Below are positions 39,435 to 51,219 of a stretch of DNA of 64,000 bases, in pieces. Source of the stretch: Zootoca vivipara (lineage: Eukaryota); the NCBI RefSeq assembly GCF_963506605.1, contig NC_083279.1, positions 5,704,001 to 5,768,000 on the forward strand, in the 5' to 3' direction. A program made the translations under genes and the position numbers. The notes beneath the pieces are model-generated. The model saw only the letters and a list, made by a program, of their open reading frames with translations. It was not told where the DNA came from and ran no database searches. Position 1 is the stretch's first letter. Each line of letters begins with the position of its first letter.

Positions 39435-40352
39435 CTAGCTGCCCCGGGCACGCGTTGCTGTGCCTGACTCAGGGTCATTGTTTCCCAGGAAAGGGGGGTG
39501 ATGTGTAAGTCCCCCCGGACTATGTTTTTTGTGTCTCATCCCTGTGATTCCTCCCATCCTGTCGCGACTCATGAGGTATCCCTCCTCCCCACCCTGGCTC
39601 AACCCATGACCTATTCGGGCCCCTCCTCTCCCCACCCAGGGCTCAACTTGGCCTTGTCTGTAAAGTGGAGCCGATGCCTAGTCTGTAGGCTGTAAAGTAG
39701 AGCCAAGGCCTAGTCTGTAGGCCTTGGATTGGCCTAGTATGTAAATGTGAGCCGAGGCCTCCGCCCTGTATCTCCATTCCTTGGCCCCCACCCTTGGAAA
39801 AGGAACTGTCAGCTTCTGGGTTCTATTTCCCAGCATGCACAGGGTTTGGGGGGTTTTACGTGACAGAGGTTTAACATCTGTCTTTGGAAATGGTCTGGGC
39901 TTGCTCTCGGAGTCACATTTGACTTTATGTCCAAATTTCAGCGCTATCGGTCAAGCACATAGCTGCCAAGTCTCCCGTATTCCCCGGGAAATCCCTGTTT
40001 TTCCAGTTGTTCCTGGCTGGAAAAATGGATTCCCCCCCCCCCCCCGGTTTATTCTGGCGCAGCGCAATTTTGGAACTGGGCGGAGCATGCTCAGAAGTGA
40101 CTTTTGATGCTGCTCTGCCCAGTTCCAAAATTGCTGCAGTGCGACTTCTGGTGCGGCGGCCATTTTAGAACTGGGCAAAGCAGCATCAAAAGTCATTTCT
40201 GAGCATGCTCCGCCCAGTTCCAAAATGGCGACAGCACTACTTCCGGTCTGCTACTTCCGCCCGGTCCCTTATTTCTCCGACAGCAACTTGGCAGGTATGG
40301 TCAAGCGGTTTCCTTGAACATTGCAGAAGAACATACGCACAAACTTTATAGA
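39435..40352 (-). mobile_element. Non-autonomous Helitron
   Basis: Minus-strand 3' end GGCACAGCAACGCGTGCCCGGGGCAGCTAG|T (subterminal hairpin plus CTAG), 5' end TCTATAAAG, an internal minisatellite (39650-39760) and no TSD. A near-identical terminus occurs at 63860. Confidence 0.7.
39958..40299. mobile_element. hAT MITE (CATAGCTGCCAAG family) nested in the Helitron
   Basis: TIRs CATAGCTGCCAAGT / ACTTGGCAGGTATG, TSD GTCAAGCA/GTCAAGCG, long internal inverted repeat. Confidence 0.88.
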
Positions 40353-42339
40353 ATCACAAACCCATTTTTTAAAAAAAGAAGAAGGGAGAAAGGATGCCAT
40401 GGCAGCCAAAGTCTTGACATGCCTGTGTTGGCACAGGTGCTGCCACAAGGCCTGTTTGGCACCGAGTTGCCATTTGAGAGCTCTCTGGGCTGTAGGACGC
40501 TGGACTAGCAAGACAGAAGGGAAAGGCAGTTCGATCCCCCTGTGATTACAGGTTGGAAAGATCCACTAGCTCTCCTTGCCCAGGGTTGGTCAGCAATGAA
40601 GCCTTGGACACAGCATATAACAGTCAGTCAACACAAAGATCAGATGAGGTTGTTGCATCATGTCTGGATGCTTCCCAAGAAAGGGAACAAATAAAACTGT
40701 TCACCCAGAACACTGGAAAGCATGCAGTGCTTTTTACCAACCTCATATTGTAAACTGATTTTACTGCATTTTTATTGTAAATAAACTGTAATAAATGTTT
40801 TAAATAAATTTAATAAATAAAATCTACAGTTGGTATGACCTAAGAGAAGAGCAAAGAATAGGATAATGCAACATGTTCAAATGCAAATCTCTTCAGTTTA
40901 TGGAATTAGCATACCCTACAAAAAAAATTAAAATAACGTTTCCTCCTTGGAGGAATTATGAAGATTTAACCATAGTAACTAAGTTTTGTGATTAACATTT
41001 CATTACCTGCCCCAGGCTAGGAAGAGGCTAGGAATCAAATCAGATCAAAATATTGAAATGAAAAAGTTACATTTAAAATACCAGTTCATAAGAATCTTTT
41101 GTTTTCTTTTTTTGCCTTCACGTGAAATGCCTTTGGCACCTCCAGGACTCATACATGTCTGCCATTGCATGGAGGTTAATGTGAAATGTGCTATATACTG
41201 TCAAAGCAATGTCTATCAAAAGTCTGCTTTTAAAGATTGCGGACATCCTAAGATCTCAAATGGGAGGAAGGATAGGAGTTATCTATGAATAGCAAGTATC
41301 TCTTACCCTTTCAGAAACAAAATAGGGAACTGGAATGATGCCTAACTAAAAAAAATGAAAATAAACCAATGTGCAGGCCAAGTGTTCTGCAGCTATGCTT
41401 CCTTCATGCCATCTAGCAAACATAAAGAGCATCAGCAGTCTGAGCATTGACTTAAGACCAAAGAAACAGGCATGCATATTTTACTAATGCCAGAAATCGG
41501 CAGGTATGAGCATTCACATGAGAATGTTGACAGCAATCCCCATTTTGCACAAAGAATCACGTCAGTGACTCGCAATCACAAATATGTCACTGACAATATT
41601 TATGACTGGGTGAATGCACAGTGAGGAAATATATTTCCAGAGACCTACAAGGCCCTCTGCTGTGTTGTTGTTCACATGTGACGGTGTTAATCTAATCATG
41701 CACCAAATTATTTAGTCCTGTTTGGGAATTCCTCACGTGTAAACAACTGGGCCAACGAGAGTGGGGTGTGCTGCCAAGCTCTACCCATTCTGCCTTGTCA
41801 CCTTTATAGGGTTTACAGCCCTCCGTAGGTTTGAGAAACAAAGGTCTGAAGTCTGGTTCCATGAGTAGAAAAGGCTCTCCTGTGGAATTTACAAGGCTAC
41901 ACAAATAGAATTTTAAATCACACGGGAGCATTGATGAGTAAAAGAGAACTCCCAAAGCAAACCTTCACCCTCAAACTCACATGTGTATGTAAATTGGGTG
42001 ACTATGACACAACTGAGGGGGTAGGGCTTGGCAGTGTGCCCTGGTGCTCTCCCGTGTATGTTTATTTGCACACAAATGCCCCAATAGGGTGATAGTAACA
42101 TATACTGTACACAATTAGAGAAATGAAGATCAAAACCAGCAATTAGCAGACAGGGGGAGGGGAGACACATACAGACAACTCTGCATTAAAGAAGATGCAA
42201 TTTAAGAAGATAGCCACCACATAAGTAGTTTGTATGGCTGTGAGCGCTGGCAACCAACCAACCGAGTGCACAAACCCAGGTGTAAGAAATCAAGCATAAA
42301 TCAGAATTTCCTTTCTCAAATTATCACTGGAACAAAACT

Positions 42340-42600
42340 ACAACAGAGTCCTTTGAAAATTAAAGTTTATGGTGAACAAAAAGGGGGAGTCAAATCCAGA
42401 TGGTTCTCCTCACAAAAACTGCTTATTGAACAGAACAGGAAAGATCAAGTCCACAGGTAACAAAAGAGATCATTTATTTCCATGTGAACACCACAATAAT
42501 GAACAGTGCATTCCACTGTTTTTTTATTTAAAAACTCACAATAGGAAACAGATTAAGGCTAACTCCTAACCCCACTTATCTGGAAGAAAATATGTTTTAA
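42340..42600 (+). repeat. Diverged local duplication, copy A (partner 45480-45740)
   Basis: Colinear similarity with a 27-bp identical core AGAGATCATTTATTTCCATGTGAACAC (42465-42491). Confidence 0.75.
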
Positions 42601-43532
42601 GCAGAATGTGTGTTTGTATGCGAGCTGCACATTGCATTGCAATCATTACATTGCAAAGTCCCAATGGCCAGGAACCTGGAACACTAGGAGGAATAAAGGC
42701 TGATAGGGAGAGCAGGGAAGAGTTTGTGGAGGTGGAGAAGATGGTAATAGGTAAAGGAAATCACTCCTTCCATCAAAACTTTGTTTCACATGGCTTGCAG
42801 CAAAATGTGCTGTTTGCCCCTCAGTTACAGAACACTTTTAGGTAAATGAAATAACTATAAGCCATTTCCCACCCCAAATCTCTGGCATTTCTTAAAGCTC
42901 CCATTAGCAGTGTTACAACTGGATCGAAGGCTTGCCATGGGTGCTTGTATACATTACCACTTAGCGCAGCCACAGAACCATTGCTGTGCTGTCTGACTGC
43001 CGAAGCACAACAGTTTATTTTGCACTTGAAATTTCTGATAACTGTTGCCTGGGGCAAACTCTACAGGGAGCTAACAGAAGGCCAGCTGTTATATTTACTA
43101 GTGAGAAGGCTCATTGTGCTTCCTCTGGACAATTCTACTGGAGTTATCAGGTTTAATAAATCGCAAAGCTAGGGAAGGGAGGCAACACAAGGTGTAGCAA
43201 TATTCATGTGATCTGCACCAGTAAAAGTTCTATGCTGGGGTCTGTCCATGCATTACCTTATGAGGCTTTTTGCATGGTAACCTTCCTTGCTGAAACATTT
43301 GAATAGACTTCAGGCTCCTCTATGTTCCACACCCTTGTCACAATAAGTTGCCATTGTTCTAACCCAAACCTGAGAACACTGATGAATAAATCATGTGTGA
43401 GGGGAAGGGGTCTTAGAGCCTAAACCAATGGATGGAAATTTTGTCCAAACCTTCATTTTCAAATAATGTTTCTAGATTTGCACTGAGCAATCTTTGGGCT
43501 GAGGTCTAATAGTGGAAATGGAGGGAGGCAGA

Positions 43533-43960
43533 CAGGCCCGTCTTAACCACATCGAACACCGTGGTGCAAAGGTCCCTCCGCCGCCACCGCCCCAACTCAG
43601 ACGCAGAGGATGGACATGGTATGGGAGGGCCGGGCGCTGAGGGTGGGCAGAGCTCAGGGGTGCCGCAGCAGGTGGGCCGGGCTGCCTGGTTGTCCTCCGG
43701 GGCGCCAGCGCCTCCTCCTCCTGCACGGAGGCCACTGCTGGGGGAGCGGTGCCGCGCAGTGTCCGGCCTCTTGTCCTCCTTATGCCCCCGACCCGACCTG
43801 CCAGGCTGAAGCTGGGACTCAAACCCGCAGCGGGCAGGAGGCAAGGAGCAGGGTGAGCAGGAGGGCAGCCGGGCTGTCTGGTGGGCGCAGCGTGGCGCCC
43901 CCTGGCGGCCCGGTGCCCTGGCGCATTCCGCCACCCAGCCTTGCCTTAGGGCCAGCCCTG
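43533..43960. mobile_element. GC-rich non-autonomous hAT element
   Basis: TIRs CAGGCCCGTC / GCCAGCCCTG, perfect 8-bp TSD GAGGCAGA. Confidence 0.88.
43893..43910 (-). promoter_or_regulatory. Consensus CTCF motif inside the hAT element
   Basis: Minus strand GGCCGCCAGGGGGCGCCA matches the vertebrate CTCF core. Binding not demonstrated. Confidence 0.5.
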
Positions 43961-44833
43961 GAGGCAGAAAGAGAGAAAAGGGAGCGGTCCCAGCCATCAC
44001 TAGTACTGTATATGAGCCTCAACAGATAACCTCTGAGGGAAAACAAGCTCTCTCCCCACACAAGCGAACATGCGTGCACATACATACACACACACACACA
44101 AGCTGCCTACCACTGGTTTTAGGTAACAATGATAATAAAAACTGGTGCTTGAAACCTCCTATTTCAGCCAAACAGAAAAAAGCAGAAATTGGCGCATTAA
44201 GTATTTGTGTTTAGTACTTAGATTTTTAAAAGCTTGTGTAAATTTTAGGAAGTCCAAGTGCTGTTATGTTAAGAATAAGTCGGAACACCACTAGCTGTTT
44301 ATTGATATTATGAATTTCTTTTATGGTACCCAAAGGAAAGCTATTTGCTCGGCAACAACACCCAAGACAATGTCTCAGACCCTAAGAGTTTCTGCCCTAA
44401 CTTTTAAGATAGGATATAAGAAGTGGGTGTGATTAATAGGGGAACAACAACAACAACAGATTACCACGGGATATGAAACACTTGGTTTTCACATTTCTCA
44501 GATTCTATGAAGTTACATACATAATTGCAAAGTGCTAGTAGTGAAATCTCCATTGTTTTTAATAGAAGGGGGAAAACCAACCGTAAAAGACACAGGTGGG
44601 GAAGTATGTGCTGCTGTTCTGATGACAAACAAAATCTAAATTTTAGGGCAACAAGCCCCAAACAATTATCCAGGCTTAAGGTCTCCTGAAATGAAAGACC
44701 AGATTGGATAACTGAACTACTGGCATAGGGTAGAGTTCACGAAAGCCCCCAGCCCTTGGGAGCAAGGCAGTTGTGGGGGCCCTGATGTGTTGCAAATGCA
44801 CTGAGCTAAAACCTCAGTAGAATCCGTTCATAG

Positions 44834-44971
44834 TAGGAGTGGAGAACCAGTGGTCTTCCAAATGTTGTTGGACTACAACTTCCCTCAACCACAAACCGTT
44901 TCACCAATGTTCAGGGATGATGAGAGCTGCAATCCAGCAACACCTGGCGAGTCACAGGTTCTCTGCCCCTG
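44834..44971. mobile_element. Older, diverged relative of the 136-bp palindromic hAT MITE
   Basis: tccaaatgttgttggactacaacttccc...gggatgatgagagctgcaatccagcaacacctgg...cccctg, a degenerate fold-back. Confidence 0.6.
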
Positions 44972-45479
44972 ATCCAAAGAAAGGATAACAAGGCCATGTA
45001 TAGAATCATAGAATAGAAGAGTTGGAAGGGACCCCAAGGGCCATCTAGTCTAACCCCCTGAAGTACAGGAATCAAAGCTTAATAATCTGCCACAGATGCT
45101 CAGAGCAACATCAGATAAGGAGTAACCGCCCCTACCCTTGATACAGTGTCTTCCAAAAGTTACAAGAAAGTGTGTCCCTATATATACAGAGGATATATAT
45201 TTATTTAAATGCTACACTTTTCATTAAAAAAACCCCACAGAAAGGTGGTGTATAACAAACACAATTGCAATATGAGCAATAAAAATCATTAGACACCAGT
45301 TAGGAAAAAGGAAATAGTATATCAAAGGCCCATCTGAAAAACATAATTTTCAGGAGACATCTAAAATTAGGTAGGGTTGATTCCTGATTCTTGCTGATCC
45401 CCTACTGGCAGGGAGTTCAACACGACAGAGCCTGCCACGCTAAAGGCTCAGTCCTGAGTAAAGAGTCATAGATCCTCAG

Positions 45480-45740
45480 ACCAGACAGAACCTCAAAATG
45501 AAAACTCAGGGTGGTAAAAAATGGGAAGTCAAATCCAAATGGTTCCCCCCACATTACAGAAAAGTGCAAACTTAACAGACTAGCAGATGTCAGTTTCACA
45601 GGTAACACTAGAGATCATTTATTTCCATGTGAACACAGCAAATGAACAATGCATTCAATCCTTTATGGGAAAAAATCACAATAAGGAAGCACATAAAGGC
45701 TGAAATCCAAACCCTACCCTACTTTCCTGGAAGAAAATTA
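45480..45740 (+). repeat. Diverged local duplication, copy B (partner 42340-42600)
   Basis: Identical 27-bp core at 45610-45636, plus shared gtcaaatcca(a/g)atggttc and cacaggtaaca. Confidence 0.75.
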
Positions 45741-45887
45741 ACTCAATTTGATGGTGTTTACTTCTGAATAGACATGGCTTGCATTGTAGGCTCAGTGCAC
45801 ATAGGATGCTTTTGGTGACAAACGATACTGCAGAAACAATAAAGGCACCTCTCTACATTAATAACTATTTCGTTGTACTATTTAAAG

Positions 45888-46031
45888 NNNNNNNNNNNNN
45901 NNNNNNNNNNNNNNNNNNNNNNNNNNNNNNNNNNNNNNNNNNNNNNNNNNNNNNNNNNNNNNNNNNNNNNNNNNNNNNNNNNNNNNNNNNNNNNNNNNNN
46001 NNNNNNNNNNNNNNNNNNNNNNNNNNNNNNN
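45888..46031. other. Assembly gap (144 N)
   Basis: Run of n. Confidence 1.
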
Positions 46032-46248
46032 CAAAGCAATTTTCATATCTATTTACATATGTGTGCATGTTTTAAGAAAGTTTGTTGTAGACAACAGATG
46101 CAAATAGCTTTCACAGCAAGAATCTGTGCCACAGTGGAAGTCCAATGGGTGGACAGAAGGAAACTCACCTGATAATCTGTTTCCAAACAGATTCCTCTGA
46201 CATCCCTAGTTCCCTTATCCTATGGGATTTTTCCACAGAAAACTAGTG

Positions 46249-46338
46249 CATAGCTGCCAAGTTTTCCCTTTTCTCGCGAGGAAGCCTATTCAGCATAAGG
46301 GAAAATCCCTTAAAAAAAGGGATAACTTGGCAGCTATG
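46249..46338. mobile_element. 90-bp hAT MITE (CATAGCTGCCAAG family), opposite orientation to 11867
   Basis: TIRs CATAGCTGCCAAGTT / AACTTGGCAGCTATG. Only 6 bp (CTAGTG) of flank is duplicated. Confidence 0.9.
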
Positions 46339-46809
46339 CTAGTGGCAGATTTTTAAAGGGTCAGGGGTCAAGGCTAACATAAAAGCAAAATGGACAAATT
46401 TAAGATAAGGTAAAATATAACCAAGACCTACTAAAAGAGTTCTGCTCAAGAGGGACAGAGAAGGGTTTTCCAATATATTGGACAAGAAGAAAAATGGTAT
46501 TATGACGTTGGGCTTTTTACCTGGAGAAATGCAAAATGAATGAATACAATTCCACATACTATGGGGATTGTAGGAATACTGAGGGCAAATTGGTAGCAGG
46601 GAAAGAATGCAAGAACAGATTAAAGCTTGTTTGTAAAATAAACTATCAGGATCTCTATACAGAATGGATTATATGACACAAAATGCGAACCTAAGACATT
46701 ACATTGCTTGTATGGAATTAACTTAAAATCGCTCAAATTAGGAAAGAAGTAGACTGCATCATGGTGGCAGGGATGGGGTGGGGTGGGAGAATGCCAAAGC
46801 TCTGTCTAG

Positions 46810-47637
46810 TGAAGTTGTATGGGATCAATTTCAACTTGTTATCTCTGTGTAAGTAGACAGGCTGTTTAGTGAGTCAAATCAACCACCTGTCTCCTTGATC
46901 CTTGTCCATCCTGGATCATAAAAGTGAACCAGGCTGGCCTGGGCAATGGGCTCTGTGGATGATGAATGCTTCCCTGTGTGTGGAATCCTCCCGGACCCCC
47001 TTATAAACCATATTTGGACCCAGCTATTATGGCCAATTATCACCCAGTCTCAAATCTTCCATTCCCAAGCAAGGTGGTCGCTGAACAACTCCAGGCACAT
47101 CTGGAGGATGTGCAATATTTGGATCCCTTCCAATTGGGATTTAGGCCCCATCATGGAACTGAAATCGCCTTGGTCATGCTGGTCAATGATCTCTAGTGGG
47201 TTAGGGACAGAGATGGTTCTGCTGGAGCTTTCAGCGGGTTTTGATAAATTTGACCAAGATATCCTTCTGGGGTTGGGGAGCCGGGGGCACTGCTTCCACT
47301 CCTTCCTCCTGGGCTGTACCAGAAAGTGGTGTTGGGAGATGAGTGTTTGGACCTCTGGGCATTTACTTGTGGGGTGCCTCAGGGCTCCACCTCTCCCCCA
47401 TGATTTTTAAGGGTGGCTATTTACCAGCTCCATCTGGTATTTAGGCTGAAACCCTACCTGCCAGAGTAGAGGAGCATGGTCTGGTTATCTCCTGCTTGTA
47501 TTACTGCAACGAGCTCTATGTGGGATTACCTTTGAAGTTGACTTGGAAACTGTAACTAACCCAGAATGTGGCAGCTAGACTGGTGACAGGGAGTGGCTGC
47601 CAAGATCATATAACATCAATCCTAAAGGATCTACATA
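46810..47637 (+). mobile_element. L2 LINE RT fragment (decayed)
   Basis: Peptide KPYLDPAIMANYHPVSNLPFPSKVVAEQLQAHLEDVQYLDPFQLGFRPHHGTEIALVMLVNDL, followed by degenerate LLELSAGFD and GVPQGS motifs with frameshifts. Confidence 0.9.
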
Positions 47638-47766
47638 ATTGTGTTGTTGTTTTTTTAAAAAAAATATGATAAATATTATTAATTAACTAATTTACTTTCG
47701 ATGCTTGTCTAGGACTGGGCTTTAGTGGGATTTAAGACTGCATATATGAACAAATAATTCTAGTCT

Positions 47767-48154
47767 AGGGCCCTGCGGGATTTGACATCTTTCTGCAGGG
47801 CCTGCAAGACAGAGCTGCTTGGCCTGGCCTTTGGGCTGGACTCAGTCTAACCCCCCCCCCCCTCATTTATTTAACCCCTTATATGGGATTTTGTATATAA
47901 ATTTTCCCTCAGCTCTTTTTGCTGGCCCTGGTGAATATTTGATGTTTTCTCCCCTTATGGCTTTGATATATAGGCCACCACTAAAACTATGCTGCATTTT
48001 AAGCTGCATTTTAAACTGTATTCTAACTTACATTTTAAGAACTGTTTTTTTTTGTTTTTTGTTTTGTTTTTTGTTTAATGTTTTTACTGTATTTATATTC
48101 GGTGTTAGCCGCCCTGAGCCTGGTCTTGGCCGGGGAGGGCGGGATATAAATAAA

Positions 48155-48202
<48 letters not shown>
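47767..48202 (+). mobile_element. L2-type LINE 3' end with (TAT)n tail
   Basis: 3'UTR ending gccgccctgagcc...ggagggcgggatataaataaa followed by (ATT)n. Confidence 0.7.
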
Positions 48203-48203
<1 letters not shown>

Positions 48204-48255
48204 GTCTGGGCAACTGAGCTTTATTAGCATTATTTGGCAACACATACATTTAGAC

Positions 48256-48391
48256 CAGGCATCCCCAAACTTCGGCCCTCCAGATGTTTTGGACTACAAT
48301 TCCCATCATCCCTGACCTCTGGTCCTGTTAGCTAGGGATCATGGGAGTTGTAGGCCAAAACATCTGGAGGGCCGCAGTTTGGGGGTGCCTG
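48256..48391. mobile_element. 136-bp palindromic hAT MITE (copy 3)
   Basis: Same TIRs as copy 1. Perfect TSD ATTTAGAC. Confidence 0.93.
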
Positions 48392-48770
48392 ATTTAGACC
48401 ATAGGAATTTCTTTGGGCAACATTCAAATTTTTCCCAGTTGTGTGCCTGCCATGGTATAATTAGCACTTCCTCATTCCCCCCCCCCCATTTCTACACCCA
48501 GAATGTAAGGACGGAAGGAGACTGGTTCACACATGCTTGTTCATCAGTTATCAGGTGCAACATCAATTAAAAACTACTACCGGTAAGTACAGATGAGCCA
48601 TCTCAGTTCAAACGCCTCAAATTTCAAGGACTCCATTACTTCAAAACAATACTTTCCAGCCGTGTCAGTTCATAAATTCAGCTACATCCACTGCTGACTA
48701 AACAGTCCTCAATTAAAATGTGATCTTGGGTATGTAAGGAAAAGTTCTCTCTTTAGCATTCAGTGCAGCT

Positions 48771-48912
48771 GGTGTCTCATTTAAACTGCGGCATCAAGTA
48801 CTATGTGTGCAATGTTAGTTAGCATGCCAACTTAGAACCTGCCCAGGCCACAACCTGTGGCATGTTAACTATGCAAGCATAGGTAATGCACTCCAATTTA
48901 AATGAGATGTCC
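48771..48912. repeat. Degenerate ~140-bp inverted repeat (probable ancient MITE)
   Basis: Arms tctcatttaaa...tagttagcatgcca and tggcatgttaacta...tttaaatgaga. Confidence 0.6.
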
Positions 48913-49188
48913 ATTGAGAGTAATTCTGCACAGGTAAATGTTGATTATACATGTAGCATCACATTTGAACTGGGCAAAAGGGATGAAAATTGAATGATGT
49001 ACATGCAATTATTAACAAGTCCAGGATTTTCTTGTCTTTGCAGATTCTGGAATATGTGCATGGATACAGAGTTCTCTTACCATTTATTAGAATACAGTAA
49101 TGGTGCAAAATCTAAGCAAAGATTCAACTGGAGCAGGCAGGTTAACTTCCTGGCGAGGTAATAGTTCTAAGTATGGGTTGTTAACCAT

Positions 49189-49553
49189 GGGACGCGGGTG
49201 GTGCTGTGGTCTAAACCACTGAGCCTAGGGCTTGCCGATCAGAAGGTAGGCGGTTCGAATCCCCGCGACGAGGTGAGCTCCCGTTGCTTGGTCCCAGCCC
49301 CTGCCAACCTAGCAGTTCGAAAGCACGTCAAAGTGCAAGTAGATAAATAGGTACCGCTGCGGCGGGAAGGTAAATGGTGTTTCCATGCGCTGCTCTAGTT
49401 CGCCAGAAGCGGCTTAGTCATCCTGGCCACATGACCCAGAAGCTGACTGCGGACAAACGCTGGCTCCCTCGCCCAGTAAAGCGAGATGAGCACCGCAACC
49501 CCAGAGTCGTCTGCGACTGGACCTAACAGTCAGGGGTCCCTTTACTTTACCTT
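49189..49553 (+). mobile_element. Sauria SINE, full length
   Basis: Head GGGACGCGGGTGGTGCTGTGG, B box GGTTCGAATCC, tail ccctttactttacctt. Confidence 0.95.
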
Positions 49554-50972
49554 AGAACATACTACTGTATTACACAGCTTCCCTTATGAAACGCATAACA
49601 CTACTGCCCCATTGCCTCCCCCCAATCCACTGTTCATGTTTCTGCATTCCTGACAGTTTAGGGCAGGACAAAAATATAAAAAGGAGTTGGTCTGCCCAAA
49701 ATAAATACCCCGAGCAGGTGCAGTTAATTATTTTACTTAAATTATTGCACTATCATGACCAAATGAACAAAGTGGAGTTTGCTTCTGCTGCTGTGAAGCA
49801 TATTATTGAAGTAAAGATAATAAAATGACAGGCCTGAACCTCCTTCGCTGTTGACTGTTTAAGGCAAAATATAGGATGCTGTGATCAGGGTCAGCCCTTG
49901 TAGCATAGCAGCATCTCTGTGCTACTGCCCCCATCAGCTGCTACTCTCCAGGTGGTCAGTTTGGTGTGCCCTGATATTAGCCATATCTGTACGAATATAT
50001 AAATATCCAGAAGGGGCAGCAGGCCTGTGATTGGCATTCCAGAACACGTGGAGGCCTAGGCATATAGTACTTTACATGGATAGACTTCCTAAAGGCAAAC
50101 ATCCATATGTAATGCATGACTATTGGAGGTCAGTGTGATAGTGAGGGTTGTGCCAGCAGCTTCCAAACATGGAGTCTCTTTTATGTCAATAGCACATAGA
50201 CTCAAGCTTCTACACATTGCAGACTGGAGAAACTGAGAAGCCCATGAGCAAATATCAAAACTATATACAGTATGTTGTTTATTAATCAGTTTAGTCATAA
50301 GACGGAACGACAGATTGTGTTCACAATCTGGATGCCTGAATAAGTGCAGCAAAGAACGTGCAATAAGCAAGCAACAACAACAATAAAATAAGAATAGGAA
50401 TAAGAAAAAGCACATATGGCCATTTTACATGAGAGCATGCCATAGTTGCCTATTCAGATAGACACAAAAGGCATCAATTTGAACAATTGTTTGCTATGTT
50501 CACAAAATGACATCAATAAGATAGAAAGGGCTTATTGTTTAGCAACTCAAAGAATCTCAAACCATAAATGAATAGAACGCTGTACTCTGAATGAAGTAAT
50601 CGAAAAAGACACGACCCATTGCAAAGCCTACTTGCTTGAGTGTTCCTCGTCATAAGGGCCGAGTCTTAAAAGAGCAGATTAGCAGAATGTGTCCAAGAGA
50701 CAGGCAGTTGTTCACAATTAATCAATGCCTCACTTTCATTCATAGAGAATATCACTTTGAGATGAAAACCAGCTCTTTGCTGTCAAGCAAAAGTTAAAAC
50801 AATTCAATGGCTTTTCTTTAGCTTTTAAGGAATGAATGATTTTGCCCCTTATTATTCATTACATGAGCATATGAAACTGTCTTATGTGGAGGCAGACTTA
50901 CCTGGGAAGAAATTCCACTAAAGAGATTGTATGCATTCATGGATCAGGCTGTCAGATTTAGTGGTTCTAGTC

Positions 50973-51219
50973 CATGGGTAGGCAAACTAAGGCCCAGGGG
51001 CCGGATTCGGCCCAATCACCTTCTAAATCCAGCCCGCGGACTGTCTGGGAATCAGCGTGTTTTTACATGTCGAATGTGTCCTTTTATTTAAAATGCATCT
51101 CTGGGTTATTTGTGGGGCATAGGAATTCGTTCACCCCCCCCCCCAATATAGTCCGCCGCCCCCACAAGGTCTGAGGGACAGGGGACCAAGCCCCTGCTGA
51201 AAAAGTTTGCTGACCCCTG
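50973..51219. mobile_element. hAT (Charlie-like) MITE
   Basis: Imperfect TIRs CATGGGTAGGCAAACT / AGTTTGCTGACCCCTG, perfect TSD TTCTAGTC. Confidence 0.9.

Noticed and set aside
49189-49270. tRNA-like A/B boxes
   Set aside because: These are the head of a Sauria SINE, not a tRNA gene, and no cloverleaf is present.
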